64,000 nucleotides of DNA. It comes from Tubulanus polymorphus (lineage: Eukaryota; Animalia; Nemertea). The notes below the pieces were generated by a model that was not told the DNA's origin, ran no database searches, and worked only from the letters and a program-made list of their open reading frames with translations. Location of the stretch: contig NC_134030.1 of the NCBI RefSeq assembly GCF_964204645.1, positions 10,189,947-10,253,946 of the forward strand, in the 5' to 3' direction. Below are positions 25,236 through 40,027 of the stretch, piece by piece. Made by a program: the position numbers and the translations under genes. The stretch's first letter is position 1. Every line of letters starts with the position of its first letter.

Positions 25236-28200
25236 TTAGAATTGTGTAAAGGTGCCGTTTGCGTCGCTATCCGGCACAGACATGGTATTTATACTATCAT
25301 GGAGACCACGGTTCATAACGCCTTCCGATGGCGAACGCATGTTGTAGGCATGTTCTTCATCCTTGCAGCTACAAGAACGGCACTTGAAGACCCTAACAAT
25401 GTTCCCGAAAAATCTATCTATTGGGGCCAATGAACGAAGGCACTCCGGCAGAAATTTCCAGTTTTTTAGCGTTACCGGTAAACAGCTCGGTCGTTTGGCT
25501 TGAATCAATTTGATAATCAATATCGCAATTACTAACGCGAGTATCGGGACGCCAACCCCTACAAGTGCCTGCCAGCCGATCAGGGAGAGTCCGAAAATTG
25601 CACCCGGTAATAGGAAAAACATAAATATTAAGTAAACAATCGGAAACCATCTGTAGTTACAAGTGCGCATGCCCAGGAACTTAGCCATGTTAATCGGTAA
25701 TTTCCGCATAAACGGTATCGGGTAGAAAATTATGATGCCTGTGATGTTGAAGAATAAATGGCAAAAGGCCACTTGCATAGCATTAGGAAGCTGGTCGCCA
25801 TCTGAGGCCAATGATGCAAGCAGTCCAGTAGCGGTTGTACCGATATTTGCTCCCAGCGTCAAAGGATACATACGATCCAATGAGAGTACCCCGACGCCGA
25901 CTAGTGGGGTCAAGGCCGATGTAAATATGCTACTGCTCTGCACGAGTACCGTTAATCCAGCGCCAAGCAAAATCGCCAAATAACCAGTTAAAAACGAGCA
26001 TTTTCCCGGGAAATCAGCGTTCACGAATTTCTTCAATGCTATGGCGATCCGGCCTTTGAGCAGAGCGTTTAGAGTCTTCACAATCAACACCAAACAAAGG
26101 CACAACAGGAATAACGAAATAACTAACAAAATTGCTCCGATAATATTGTCATCCCAGATTCCAGCAACATTCATAAACATGTATTTACCTGCAATAAAGA
26201 AATATGATGAATTAAACTCTTTCGAGAAATGATCCGGTAGAGATAGTTCAAAAATGATCTATATGAAGATCCGACGTCAATTTCAATTCCTAGTTAGTTC
26301 CAAACGAGTAAAGACACAAAAAATACGATATACGTCCAAATTTCAGATGGTCTCTCAAATTACGTAATCTAAAGCCCAATGCACACGACACAGAGGAAAA
26401 GGGAAATGCGAAATGTGCCGTGGGCTTAAGCTTGATCGACTGGGTCAACATATAGAATTGAGAACTAAGCTAGTTCGAAACTACATCTCCAACCCAGGAC
26501 ATCATTTCCCATAAACACTTACACCGAGCGAGTCCTACTTTCATGCGTTTAGTGACTGTTTCCGTGAAGTTCGTAGTAACGTTCAGACCGTTTATTTCGG
26601 TAACATTGAACCGTTCCTCTTCCACCGTATACTGCGTGACGTTGTATTTGCACCAAGTTTTCATAAGACTTTTCTTTTCGGCTTCTTCGTCGCCTTTGGC
26701 GATCTTTTCGATGATCTTTTTGTCGATCTAATTGAAAATATCAAACTACATAATGCGGAATTACGAGTGGTCTAAGTAACGCGATGGACTGAATATGTTC
26801 ATATTTTACGGGGTATATTTCGTCCTTCATATCGATATTTAGATTCTTAGAATCGCTTGCATTTTTGCGTAGAGGACGAAAAAATAGCACAACGTGGCGC
26901 ACAGTGGAGCAGGAAAACATCTATCTTTTGTTTTTGTGCTCGAAAATGTATGTATAATTTGGAGCAATAAAGAACAATCTGATCTAAGAGGAAACTCTGA
27001 ATCCCCAAATCGTTTAGTGTCTTGTCGGAACCACATTATCACTTTTCATTTCAAAAGGTTCGAAACTTAATTTGTGATTCTACTATATACCATTAGGAGG
27101 TGGGAGCGTCGTTAGGAATTATTTCGTATTTTGTCGGGTTTGCTGCTTCACGAGACGGTTGTAAGACATTACTTACGCCGTTGTAACAACAATTGCTGTT
27201 GCTCTAGCGATGCTGCATCTAAACATCTGTATCTCATTTAACGGTTCAGTACATATGCAGAATGGTGGTACTGTCGAAGGTCAACAATATATAATATCAA
27301 AGGTGGGGCTGATAATAGGATGTTATTTAAAATTTTACGTTTCAAGTTGCCTGTCAATTGGTCTATCAAATTTACCACTTTATTGTTTACATAAATAAAA
27401 AACAAATCAGAATGAACGAATAAGGTCAATTAGAAGAGAATGAAATTGAAATAGGCGTATATAGGCCCTGTCACATGTAGTTAGTGAATCCATCGTAGCG
27501 GTGACTATATTCATCAAATACTGAATAATGCGGATGCAAAGTGCGCTGCGTCGAATTTGGCTCGCGCGTGGGTGATTCGATTCAGCCAAATTTTCGAGTA
27601 AATAAATACGCCACAACAAACGTCTGTTTAGGTAAAAAAAATCGTCATGGCTTTTCGCTAAAAAAAACTATGTTTTTACTTTTATCTAACTCTGAAAAAT
27701 GGCCCCCCGAGTCAACCATCTTCAATTTACCTGTATTACAATACTTGTAAACGGTTTAGTGATCGTTTTCAGGAGATCTTTTTTACCGGAAGTGTACGTT
27801 CTCAGATCCATCGAGTCGATGATAGCTTTCGTCAAGTAATACACGTAACCTGGTATAGATTAAAAAAGACGAATGTTAATCTGCAGATTTTGCATGGCAC
27901 GAGGACGCTCAGATGTCGAGGGTGAAATGTTGGGTCAGGCTTCTAGATGACTAATCCAGGTAACAACTACGTCAATTTTGCGCGACGAGCCTAAGATGAA
28001 ATAACCATGTAGCACTCGCGCCATTGGTATATTACTTGGAGACATATAAGTCATTAATTTCCCACAGAAGCCGAATAGTTGAAACACACATTGAGACGTT
28101 GAAATTAATCTCAAAATTCGAATTATCATCAAGGAATTGTCAATATCGTTTTTTGTTAACGGTTTGTACTGGAAAATAGAAAATTCGGATTTTTGAAAAT

Positions 28201-29565
28201 AAATTTTTCAACGTTTCGATATTTCGATTTTGGCTTCTTGATTGTAAACATAGAATTAATTTTACAAGATACGATATCATACCCATATACACAAAACGGA
28301 ACGCAAAGACTTTAAAGCACATGATAATGAGACTGCATCGATGTACTACGTAGCCACTTTTTATGCATCATATTTGCATAATAGTACATATATAATAGAT
28401 CAAATGTTTTGGATACTTGCAAGGTTGAATTTATTCCACGTTATTCGCAATATACCATATACTATTCATATACATTTACCCTAGCTGAATGGATTTGGCA
28501 AATATTGAGGAGTTGGATTTTAGATATACATATACCAGCGTTGTACGGCATGTTACCTGAAGCGGCCTCCAGAGGCAATAGGATAATGACGCTCAACCAG
28601 TTGAACATGTCATGGACGGTAGCGCCGGCGAACGCGCGACGAAATTCATCTTTATTAGAAATATGTCCAATTGAAACGATTGTATTAGTGACACTGGTTC
28701 CAATGTTGGCGCCCATGATGATTGGGATCGCTGTACGGACGTACAGAACTGAAATGATTTTTGAAGAATGTTAATGTAAACACGAACGTTGAAGCAATAT
28801 TACCTTACATCGTAAAAGCGATAGAAATTGGTTTATAGAGTTGATACATCTTTCAAATGAAAATTGACGAAGAAACTTTTATAATAGGAATTAATTTTGA
28901 ACAGGTGGTAAAATAAAGGTATAAATGCACGCACTTTTACTGGCGACCATTGTAACGACTATAGAAGTTGATGTCGACGATGACTGCACTAGTACTGTAG
29001 CCAGTACTCCAATCATTAAACCCGCTACAGGATTCGCTAATAGTTCGTTATCCGCGAATGCTCGCCCAGCCGCTTTGCCTGAAAAATTTCGAATACATGT
29101 TATTGGTACAAGAGATCGACCACGTAACTGATTCTTCGCTTATAATCATAGAAATTGGTATTTCGTTGACGGCACTTAACATCATTCTATTATTACATAC
29201 CTCCCAGTATTTTGAACGCCGAACTCATAAAATCCAATGCGCAGATGAACAGATAAAGTAGAACGACCAGGAAGACGAGCCTCAGAATATACTCCACAAA
29301 TACTCGATGAAATTTACCACCACATCTCAATTCTACAAAATGGAGATACAATACAGGTGTGCGTAACTTAGGAAACGAGTTAGACTAAATTAAGAAAATA
29401 AATTCTACCACTCCATGGTGTCGACGTGTCCTCCAGTTCTGGTAACGCCCACAGATCAACATGTGTTTCTTTCAAATCGTTGTCCGATGCATTTCCTTCT
29501 TCGCGACGTTTTTCCTGCTCACTGACATCTTGTTCTTTTCCATTCAGGACGTCTTCCGCAATCAT
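25236..29565 (-). CDS. SLC34A: Sodium-dependent phosphate cotransporter SLC34/NaPi-II, copy A (about 633 aa, 7 coding exons)
   Basis: Exons (minus): 29565-29409, 29332-29201, 29078-28935, 28748-28557, 27849-27731, 26727-26523, 26188-25236. All introns are GT-AG and in frame. Two QSSS repeats, two GANIGT motifs, [12 protein letters not shown]; C-terminus TQF. Confidence 0.93.
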
Positions 29566-30462
29566 ACTCGCCAAGCTAATGTAAGACACGAATTCAATTC
29601 ATTGAACATGAACATTTCTTTCTTGTCACTGGAAGTAAGTCTCGGCTCTGGTTCGATATGTGAAATGATTCCTGAAATAGGTTTTTAACCGATGTTTTCG
29701 CTTTGAGAAAAAAATAAAGTTGGCCACCGGTGCTCGTCCAGATAAGTACATAAGCTCAGTTCGATCAATATGCATTATTCCACAATCGCGTAAAGGACAT
29801 GTTTTATGCAAAACACAGTGAAGTAGGGCTCAGAAGCATATTGGAATTCTTCCAATAATCATTACGTCGATTTGATGTCAAACTTACGTATTAGAATATA
29901 TGCAGACATTCATGTTTAATGCAGAAGTTTTGTATAGCCAATAGGGTCAATACGACCGTTTGTTTCCTTCTAATGTTGTTCGTAATATAATATAACCTGT
30001 ATTTCAATTTAGTGGCTCACTTAGTACTTTTATCTGATTCTTGGATAAATATTCAGTTAATTTCATTCCAGTACGCCTGATGATGGTAACTGATATTTCG
30101 CCGAAACATTACTTGAAATATATATCCTTTTACTCTAGACTTTTCATTTTTGGCTGAATCAATTTGGGATTTCCCTCGTTACCAAAACGACAGGCGTATG
30201 AAGGTCAAGGAATTAAAAGTCATCAATTGATATTTCATTAAAACGTGCCGATAATGAAATATGAAAACTACTCGCAGATTTCCTAGAACTATCATGAAAC
30301 CCAATTATCTTTAATCTTAGGAATTGAGCTCATGGCAAACAATGTGTTCACCGAATCATATACTTCATCTTGAGGATATAAACAGTAGTGTTACGCATAT
30401 AGCACAGGCTGTATAACCACTGGCCAAGTGGACTAGTTCTGTTGGTCTACTAGCTAGCACGC

Positions 30463-32100
30463 TTGCTTTCTGACTATGGTGTAAAGAACAACAAAAAGAA
30501 CGCCTGTCTAGGGTTTGTGGATTTTTCCAAAGCTTTTGATTCAATAAACCATGATATTCTCAAAAAATTACTAGAAGCTGGTATTACTGGTAAGGTATAT
30601 AATATTATAAAGTCTATGTACGCCAACAACGAATCGTGTGTAAAAAATAACGGGTTTATATCCAGTTTCTTTAAATGTACCATCGGGGTCAGACAAGGCG
30701 AATGCATCTCCCCTGTATTATTTAATTTATATATCAACGACATGGAGCAATATTTCATTGATAATGGTCACACAGAGATCGATTTGCAACTTTTTAAACT
30801 CTATATCCTCTTATACGCAGATGACACTGTTATTCTAGCAGAATCCCCTGAAGCTCTACAGCGATGTATGGACATTTTATTTGAATATTGTACAAAGATG
30901 AGATTCAATGTAATACTGAAAAGACCAAAGTTATGAAAATAGGACTAAGAAGAAATACCAGAAATGCTCTAGCTTGTAACTATAACGGCATCGCACTAGA
31001 TGAAGTCTCGGTTTTCAAGTATCTGGGTCTTATGATATCAAATATGGTAAACACACAGCAGCCACTTGCTGATCAATGATCGCGAGCCTTCTTCTCGCTG
31101 AAAAAGTACCTGCTGAATGCTGACTTCTCTATCTCCTAAGGTTAAACTAGATATTTGATTCTCTAGTCAAGTCTGTATTAGTTTATAGTAGTCCAATATG
31201 GGCTTTTGATAACCTTAACGCTATTGAGTCTATACATTTAAAATTTTGCAAATATTTGCTTCGTGTCCGCAGTAGTACTCCTAATGTTATGGTTTACGGA
31301 GAACTTGGTCGTTTCCCGCTGTATATTCATGCTCAAATTTCTGCTACCAAATTCTGGCTGAAAATACTGAAAGCCCCACACTCGACGCTGCTCCACAAAA
31401 GCTACCAATTACTCCTGAACCAGATTAATAACAACCCTCTCACATCTAACTTGGCATCCAAAATGCGTGATTTATTTAATAATTTAGGTCTTGGATTTCA
31501 CAGGATGCAGGAAATGCCACCTTTCTTATAAAACTTGTCGAACAAAGACTCAAAGACCAATTTATCCAAAACTGGGCTCACTCTATTGAAACCAGCCCCA
31601 AATGTTATACCTATAAGCATTTAAAGTCATCCTTTACCTACGAGAAATACCTTGATATTAATGACACTAGTTTAGTAACTGCTTTCAGTAAATTCCGCTG
31701 TGGAAGCCACGACCTTATGATGTGGTAGATGGACCTAAGTGGTAGATGGACCAGGCCACGGATCCCACGCGAAAACCGTTTGTGTAGCTGTAACTCGAAT
31801 CAAATCGAAGACGAATACCACGTTTTACTATGCTGTATTCACTATAACACCCCAAGAAGCAATTTCCTTCCCCAATACTATTGGAATAATCCGAGCATTC
31901 ATAAATTCATAGATTTGATGAACACAACATCCAACAATCTCTTAAAGCGTATTGGAAAATTTCTCCGACAGATATTTAAGGGACGTGAATTGCTTCTTGG
32001 GGCTACTTAAATGTAAAAGATATGTATGTACATTTTGAGATGTAAAATCAATGAAAGGTTGTCATACAAGTATTATAATTACTTTGAAGAAATAAATAAA
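30463..32100 (+). mobile_element. 5'-truncated, decayed RTE-X-like LINE (RT + 3' domain)
   Basis: FVDFSKAFD, RQGECISP, YADD, KYLG, GELGRFP and RLCSC..EDEYHVLLCC occur across several frameshifts and stops; ends in AATAAATAAA. Confidence 0.9.
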
Positions 32101-34085
32101 TTCTAAGTTTCTACGTACCTCAACCTGTTAAAATCTTATGTACTCAGAATATGCTTACCTCATTCTTTGGTTCACCTGATGCAGCTACTATATGCAAGTA
32201 GCGAAGGCTTGTACGTCAAATAAAATAGTTCCACTTTGAAGTTTTACTAGTCTCGTTGTATTTATTCTACAACCGGTTAACCCGGCTCCTCTACGAATCT
32301 CCTTTCCCGTACAACTTGCGTACTAAGTCTGAATACCAGACGACCTTAGAGACTTGTATGAAGTTTCGTTGACAAATGTATCTGTATCAAAGCTAAACGT
32401 CATTGATAATTGTTGTACATATTTCACCTACATCTCACATTTCCTTTATATTTATTTTGTGTCTTTGCGTAATTACTCTTAGTCGTTTGAGACAGTTTGT
32501 TCTTTTGAATGATTACTCCAATGTTTGTCGATCCGTGTCATAATTATTGCTTGTCTCGTTATCACGTAACTACTCGTTGCCTTTGCTTTATGTCGATTTT
32601 CATGTCCCAGTTTTTCCCAGTCTGTGTGTAAAGTTAAGTAACTACAGTTTTGTTGTTCCAAGCTGCTAATTGAGTCGTTACTCTTTCGATTTGTTCTGTA
32701 TTTCCAATCGGTGATGATCATCGTAACGTGTGCTTTCGAGTTAGAGCCATAAAACGCACATTCGCCGCTTCTGCTAAACACTTAGCTAAACCCTCTCTCG
32801 TGTTTCTTAATTCCCGATACAAAATATATAACCACAACTAAGTGTTTGCATAAGGCCGATACATACAAGGTTATTCTACGTTTTAAACGTAGGTGCGTCT
32901 GTAGATGAAAGTCGTTTTTGAACTTCCGAATAAATCAATAGCGCGCAACCCGGCCGCTCATTTCTCGGCCAGTTGTTTGGAAAATATTCCAATGAAATGC
33001 GGGCATTAGATTCGTCATTATAATGATACTTCCATTTGTCATTACGATAGTACTTGTACAGAATAACACTCGGTTATCTCACGGTCTCCGCGGCAGTGCT
33101 ACAATAGTCTTCGCGTTCGGAATTCGAAATATTTCGGCATTTTATGAAGACGAAAAAAAATATCGCCCATATCGTATGGCGGACGATTCGGGCCGTAACG
33201 TAAAAACAATTCATGATATATAAATAACAGCGCGATTAGGCCAAAACAAAAAACTGGTGGTGGTGGCGCTACCTGGTATATGATTTGCAGCATAACTATA
33301 GAAAATGCAACACTCACTGTAAAAAAATTGATTCCAACACTAATTGCTCAAAAATTCATCTTGATTAAAACTCTATATTCTTCATCGATATTTTCGATAA
33401 CATAATATTTTATGCATGTTGCTTGCTAAAAGTCACAGAATGATATCATTTTTAATGCACTTAGCTTGGTGAATAGGGCGAGGTGAATATTGTGAAAAAC
33501 ACCACGGAAAATTTGAAATTTTTGAAAACTATTAAAGTTTTTCAACATAAGAATATTGAGGTATTTTATTGAATTTTGTTGTGAAATCAAATTTTGGGGG
33601 ATTTCTATCAGGGGGGATTTTAACCTGTTACCATCCTCGGCATATTGTAGGAAAATCAAATATTGTCTGTTGCGGATCAATTTATATTTGCTTGATCAAA
33701 TAGATGATACATGTTACACATTTCACGTTAGTAAACGTAAAAAAGCACTTATTTTCATTACAGTTACTATAATTCCCCTCCCGGTCAAATAGCCGCCTAA
33801 CCAGGTAACTATTTGCTTCTGGGTGGTCTATCGCACAGTAAGCATAATTAATGCAAATTAGTAGACAGACGGCTCACATCTCTGCGTTCCAAACTTGCAA
33901 TGGCTAATTTTCACCCTGGTTTTGAATAATAGATACTAGGATTCAAAGAGATAAATATTGCTCCAATAAAATGCGCGTATGAACCGATGAGACTAATTTC
34001 AAATAAATCTTTAAAAATGAAATGGAAAAATATTAATCTGATTACGTTGAAATCGCAAACTTTCGCATGTATCTATTATGACTTT

Positions 34086-34478
34086 AGCCGCGATCACACG
34101 AGCATTTTTGGCCCGGGCCAAATTTGGTACGGGACAACACTGTTCACATGTCTGCTAAATGGGCCAAGTTTGGCCCGACCGAAATCGCCGGACCAGGACC
34201 GAGCCAAATTTTAGCACCAGACAAATGATTGCGTTTAAATTGCAACTGGCACCGGAAATGATCCACTTCGCTTTTTTGAGCATTGTTTAGTATCGAGTGA
34301 ATGGTTTGCGTGTGAACGCGCTCTCTAGTTATGCACGGGCCAGATTTGGCCCGAGCCTGATCCGTGCCAATTTGGCCCTGGCCAAATCGTCTCCGTACGT
34401 CTCCACTTGGCACCAGTCTGAACAGTTGTTCTGGGCCAAATTTTGGCCGGGGCCAAAAATACTCGTGTGATCGCGGCT
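34086..34478. mobile_element. MITE, PIF/Harbinger-like (copy 2 of 3), just 3' of the SLC34-B stop
   Basis: TIRs agccgcgatcacacgag / ctcgtgtgatcgcggct with TTA/TAA flanks. Confidence 0.85.
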
Positions 34479-34627
34479 AATGATATTAGTACAAGCAAGC
34501 TATCATGACTTCTTTGGAAGCCAACGTTATTTTTATTTATTCCAAATACAGTAGGCCTATGTTTCTACAATATATATGGCCATTATTCAGTCAGCTAACC
34601 GTATGGACTAGTGGAAAATGTAAAATT

Positions 34628-37600
34628 TTAGAGTTTCGTGTTAGAAATAACATTCATTTTGCCATCTGCCTCAGGCAAGGTATCTTGACTTCCTTGGAAG
34701 CCAACGTTATCCACACCCACAGATAGTGGCTCCTTATATTTCATCGGTTCGTCTCCCTTGTAACGGGAACAGCACATGATTTTCCCCAATAGTCTATCTA
34801 TTGGGGCCAACGAACGAAGACACTCCGGCAGAAATTTCCAGTTCCTAAGCTTTGCAGGTAAACAGCTCGGTCGTTTGGCTTGAATCAATTTGATAGTCAG
34901 TATCACAATTACTAACGCGAGTATCGGGACGCCAACCCCTACAAGTGCCTGCCAGCCGATCAGGGAGAGTCCGAAAATTGCACCCGGTAATAGGAAAAAC
35001 ACAAATATTAAGTAAACAATCGGAAACCATCTGTAGTTAGAAGTACGCATGCCCAGAAACTTAGCCATGTTAATAGGTAGCTTCCGTATAAACGGTATCG
35101 GGTAGAAAATTATGATGCCCGTGATGTTGAAGAATAAATGACAAAAGGCCACTTGCATAGCATTAGGAAGCTGGTCGCCATCTGAGGCCAATGATGCAAG
35201 CAGTCCAGTAGCGGTTGTACCGATATTTGCTCCCAGCGTCAAAGGATACATACGATCCAATGAGAGCACCCCGACGCCGACTAGTGGGGTCAAGGCCGAT
35301 GTAAATATGCTACTGCTCTGCACGAGTACCGTTAATCCAGCGCCAAGCAACATTGCCAAATAACCAGTTAAAAACGAGCATTTTCCCGGGAAATCAGCGT
35401 TCACGAATTTCTTCAATGATATCGCGATCCGGCCTTTGAGCAGAGCGTTTAAAGTTTTCACAATCAACACCAAACAAATGCACAGAAGCAATAATGAAAT
35501 AACTAACAAAATAGCTCCGACAACATTGTCACCCCAGATTCCAGCTACATTCATAAACATGTATTTACCTGGAAGGAGAAAAATTGATGGTTTTGATAAA
35601 TAGCTTTAAATTGATGAAGTATTCATAGAAAAAAAGAATGTAGTCCCAAGTAGATTACTTCGAATACCACTTACAGCGAGTGAGTCCTGCTTTCATGGTT
35701 TTATTAACTATTTTTGTGAAGTTCGTAGTAACATTAACACCGTCTATTACGGTAACATTAAACCGTTTTTCTCCCACCATATAATGAGTGACGGTGTATT
35801 TGCACCAAATTTTCATTAGACTTTTCTCTTCGGCTTCTTTGTCGCCTTTAGCGATCTTTTCGATGATCTTTTTGTCAATCTGAAATTATCAGCAAATGTT
35901 GTAGCAGCCTTAAATGAAAGGCCTGTGTGTCAATTGTTTGTAATATTTTACATTTTTACCACATTTATTCTTTATCATTATTATTATGATTATTTATTGT
36001 CGGATAGAATTCCAACAAGTTATGATATAGTGATATATAAATGAAATAATGATAGTATGTTAACATAAGATCTTGTAATAATACAACAAGTAGTGCGAGC
36101 AAAGGGGGCGTTTATGCAAACAGTTTCTGAAATGTTGGAATTTTTTGAAAAATTACTTTGAAAAAAAACATAACTTCAGGTGTTGAGTACCCTGCATTTT
36201 TATGCGCGCAGCAAAAACTAGACATAGGTTTTTATATCGCTCTCATGTCACATTGTTGCAAATTTTAGAAATGAATATTGCATAAATGAAAACTAAAGAT
36301 TCACAGGGTTTGAATTTTACTAAAAATGTTAAAATCTATCCACAGACCAATGAAATATGATAAAACACGCATCACAAATGGATTTAAAAAAACGAGTAAA
36401 AAAATGACACAACAAAACAGGACAAAAGTATCCTAACAAAATGGCGGCTAGCAACTGTAAAACAGTTTTCTCAAAACAGCAAAAATACAATATCACGACG
36501 AACATGTCACATTGCATAGCTTTAATAATTACATTTTCAACATGATGTTTTAGATTTGAGATTAAGATATGGCGTAAACTAGATTTTAGACTGAATTTTT
36601 ACTTATACGTATATGAATTTTTGCGAGTGTGTACCTGTATTACAATACTTGTAAACGGGTTAGTGATCGTTTTCAGAAGATCCTTTTTACCGGAAGTGTA
36701 CGTTCTAAGATCCATCGAGTTGATGATGGCCTTCGTCAAATGATACAAGTAACCTAAAATCGGACGAAAATTCATTTCTGTATTGCACATGAAAAAATAA
36801 TGCCATTCTCAGTGTCAGAACGTAACGTTCCATTTAACCAGAAATTAGAAATTACGGTGCAATGTGAAAATTTTTCAATCCAAAATCTCGCTTGATTTAA
36901 GTTTTTTTTTTAATTATTAGTAAAGAAAAGTAGCTGAGTACTAGTAAGGTGTAGCCCTGGACGTATCGGCCCCACTCCGATCGGTGGCGCCACCGCGCGG
37001 GATTTACGCGAAGCAGCAGAACACAAACACGGCCACTCTCTCAATTTTCAATGATAGAAATCGTGTGTGCATTTCAATTATTTCGGCTGTTAGGGTTTTA
37101 AGGCACAATATAAGTTGATGATGTGATATGGCGATGTTAATTAGCCGCAGTGAAGCTAGTCACGAACGGTGCCGATTGAGTGTACAGCTGCCAAAAACAC
37201 TGAAATGTGCGTAGTTGCGTAACTATTTGCAGTGAATTGCAGACGAAACATGAAGCCTTAACGGCCGTTTAAGAAAAATTTATACCAATCGCAATTGTAA
37301 AATAAAAATGAGATAGAACCTAAGTTAAAATTCCGGCCATTTCTAAAATGTTATTAATTATTATTACTAATTTTTTAGTCAGTGCGGAACGTTTACTTTT
37401 CCAACAATAATGAGGGGTGGTAGGTAGTCATGCAATTCAAGTCATCATTTATTACACGTTACTTCCGTGTTGTTGAAAATCTCGCGAGTCCTGGACTAAA
37501 CCCCAATGAACAATGTGATCTGTGTGCCGGCCACAAATGCACACAGATCACACTACACTACCCATTACACACTCCAGTACCCACAGCTTTCATATATCCA

Positions 37601-39245
37601 TCCAAATATTTAGTGGCTTTCTTCCTGGGTATGTACATAGGTAAAACATGGACGACACACGATTGTTCGTCGAATGGCGGGAAACTGCGACCTTTCACTT
37701 CAACAAACTGCTTGCGTTTGACGTAGGAAATCACGTTTTGGCGTGAGGTCAATTTCCTCTATATAGGTTCTTTGTGTGACGCCAATGTGCGCGATATTGG
37801 TCAAATTCCATTTGTGGGTAACAGGCCCGTGCCCAGCTTTATGAGGGGTAGTTCTATTTCAAGAAAAAGGGCACTTTTTCACCGTGAAAAGGGACAAAGT
37901 TTAGAAATGAACGAACAGTGGCCCATTTTGATTCATGTGTCCCTGCTGCTGGAACATGTGCCTTCTAACAGATGCAGCGATGGTTTGAAAAATTGACAAG
38001 GTGCAAAAATTAAATGTTTCAAAGAAATGAAAGTTATGTCCAAATTTCTTGAAAATCTTGACCAGGATTCCTTGGCGCTGACTTTTTAAGGGCACTTTGA
38101 AAATTCAAGGGGGTTCGTTCACTACACCCGAACCCCGACTCGGCACGGGCTTGGGTAAATGTTGTCTTTAAACTGCTGTGTTTAAGGGGCACCTACCCGT
38201 AGCGGCCTCCAGCGGCAATAGAATTATGACGCACAGCCAGTTGAACATGTCATGGACAGTAGCGCCGGCGAATGCACGACGAAATTCATCTTTATTAGAA
38301 ATATGTCCAATCGAAACGATTGTATTAGTGACACTGGTTCCAATGTTGGCGCCCATGATGATTGGGATCGCTGTACGGACGTACATAACTGAAATGATTT
38401 TTGGAGAATTCTAATGTAAAACGAACGTTGAAGCAAAATTACCTTACAATATGAAATATCGTTCGACAAAAATTAGTATATAATTTTGATGCGTTTTTAA
38501 ATAAAAAGCTGATTAAGAAACATAACACAAATTGATTTTGAACAGATGGCATAATAAAGGTATGAATGAACGCACTTTTACTGGCGACCATTGTAACGAC
38601 TATAGAAGTTGATGTCGACGATGACTGCACTAGTACTGTAGCCAGTACTCCTATTATCAAACCCGCTACAGGATTCGCTAATAGTTCGTTATCTGCGAAT
38701 GCTCGCCCAGCCGCTTTGCCTGAAACATTTCGAATACATGTCATTGGTACAAGAGATCGACCACGTAACTGATTCTTCGCTTATAATCATAGAAATTGGT
38801 ATTTCGTTGACGGCACTTAACATCATTCTATTATTACATACCTCCCAGTATTTTGAACGCCGAACTCATAAAATCCAATGCGCAGATGAACAGATAAAGT
38901 AGAACGACCAGGAAGACGAGCCTCAGAATATACTCCACAAATACTCGATGAAATTTACCACCACGCGTCAATTCTACATTCGAAAATACTTACACTTATT
39001 TGAGGGAAACAGTTTGATAAAATTTAACTTATGGAAATCTCAAATAAATGTAGCCCACCACTCCATGGTGTTGTTGTATCCGTCAGTTCTGGTAACGCCC
39101 ACGGGTCCACTTGTGTTTCCTGTGAATAGTTTTTGAATTCCTCTCGTACATCTTCTTCGTTCCTCATCTGTTCTAGCTGAACAGTTACGTCATTTCCATT
39201 TAGGTCCCCTTTCAGAGTGTTCCCGGCCGATTCATCGGACGTCAT
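34628..39245 (-). CDS. SLC34A: Sodium-dependent phosphate cotransporter SLC34/NaPi-II, copy B (about 639 aa, 7 coding exons)
   Basis: Exons (minus): 39245-39059, 38973-38842, 38719-38576, 38388-38197, 36753-36635, 35879-35675, 35568-34628. GT-AG and in frame; same motifs as copy A; C-terminus TKL. Confidence 0.93.
37822..38153. mobile_element. MITE in intron 4 of SLC34-B
   Basis: TIRs caggcccgtgcc / ggcacgggcttg flanked by the direct repeat ggtaa. Confidence 0.55.
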
Positions 39246-40027
39246 AGTCGGTTCTAAAAACTACGGAATAAACCAGCAAAACCGGCAGTACCAACGTCAA
39301 CACAGAAAAATTCTATACATTTGCTTTTCAAGGTGATCTCCACCAAATATAAGGTCACGGCCTTCTAAAATATCGTTCAATAAGTGCTTTTTGCAATCAA
39401 ACGAGTTGTCGCGTTTTTTCTTACTTCTCATTGTCTTCCGTTCCTGTTAAAAGTTCATAAAAAGCATAGCTATGAGTCCATTTATGGCGAGTCTTTCAAC
39501 CGAATAGTAAAAAATTGCAATCAATGTTTTCGAAATCGCTTGCGTATGATTTTTTATGAATACACAATTAAGCCCAACTGTAACACATCTGTGTTGGCAA
39601 AATCAGCGATTTCTTATGCACACATTTTGAAGTTTCAATGGAAATATGTCCATCCTATGCGATCTTTTATTGTGGGCTTAAAGAATCTTCGCTTTAGATT
39701 CCACGCTTAAAATGTACGTATATCTCTAAGTCAGTGGAATTCTGACGAGAAAATCGACGAAGAAGTACTTGCGAGCTAGGCGGTCTCATTAGCGAGTGCG
39801 AAAATCTTAGAAATCTTAAAAACCAATATCAAGCAATTACTTGCATTGAAGCATTTCCAAGAATAAACTTATTTACGACATCAATTCATGTCCGAGGCAC
39901 ATCGAGGTTTATGCACAAACGGGCTTTTTAAATAGCTCCATTAAAATAGTCGTCAGGATATGCAAATTTTTTTTTGGAAATGTTAATCTTTGTTACCTTT
40001 TAAATCCAATGTACAGACGAAAAAAAA

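Noticed and set aside
28925-29261. Plus-strand ORFs repeated in all three SLC34 copies
   Set aside because: They are antisense shadows of near-identical exon/intron blocks and do not begin at credible starts.
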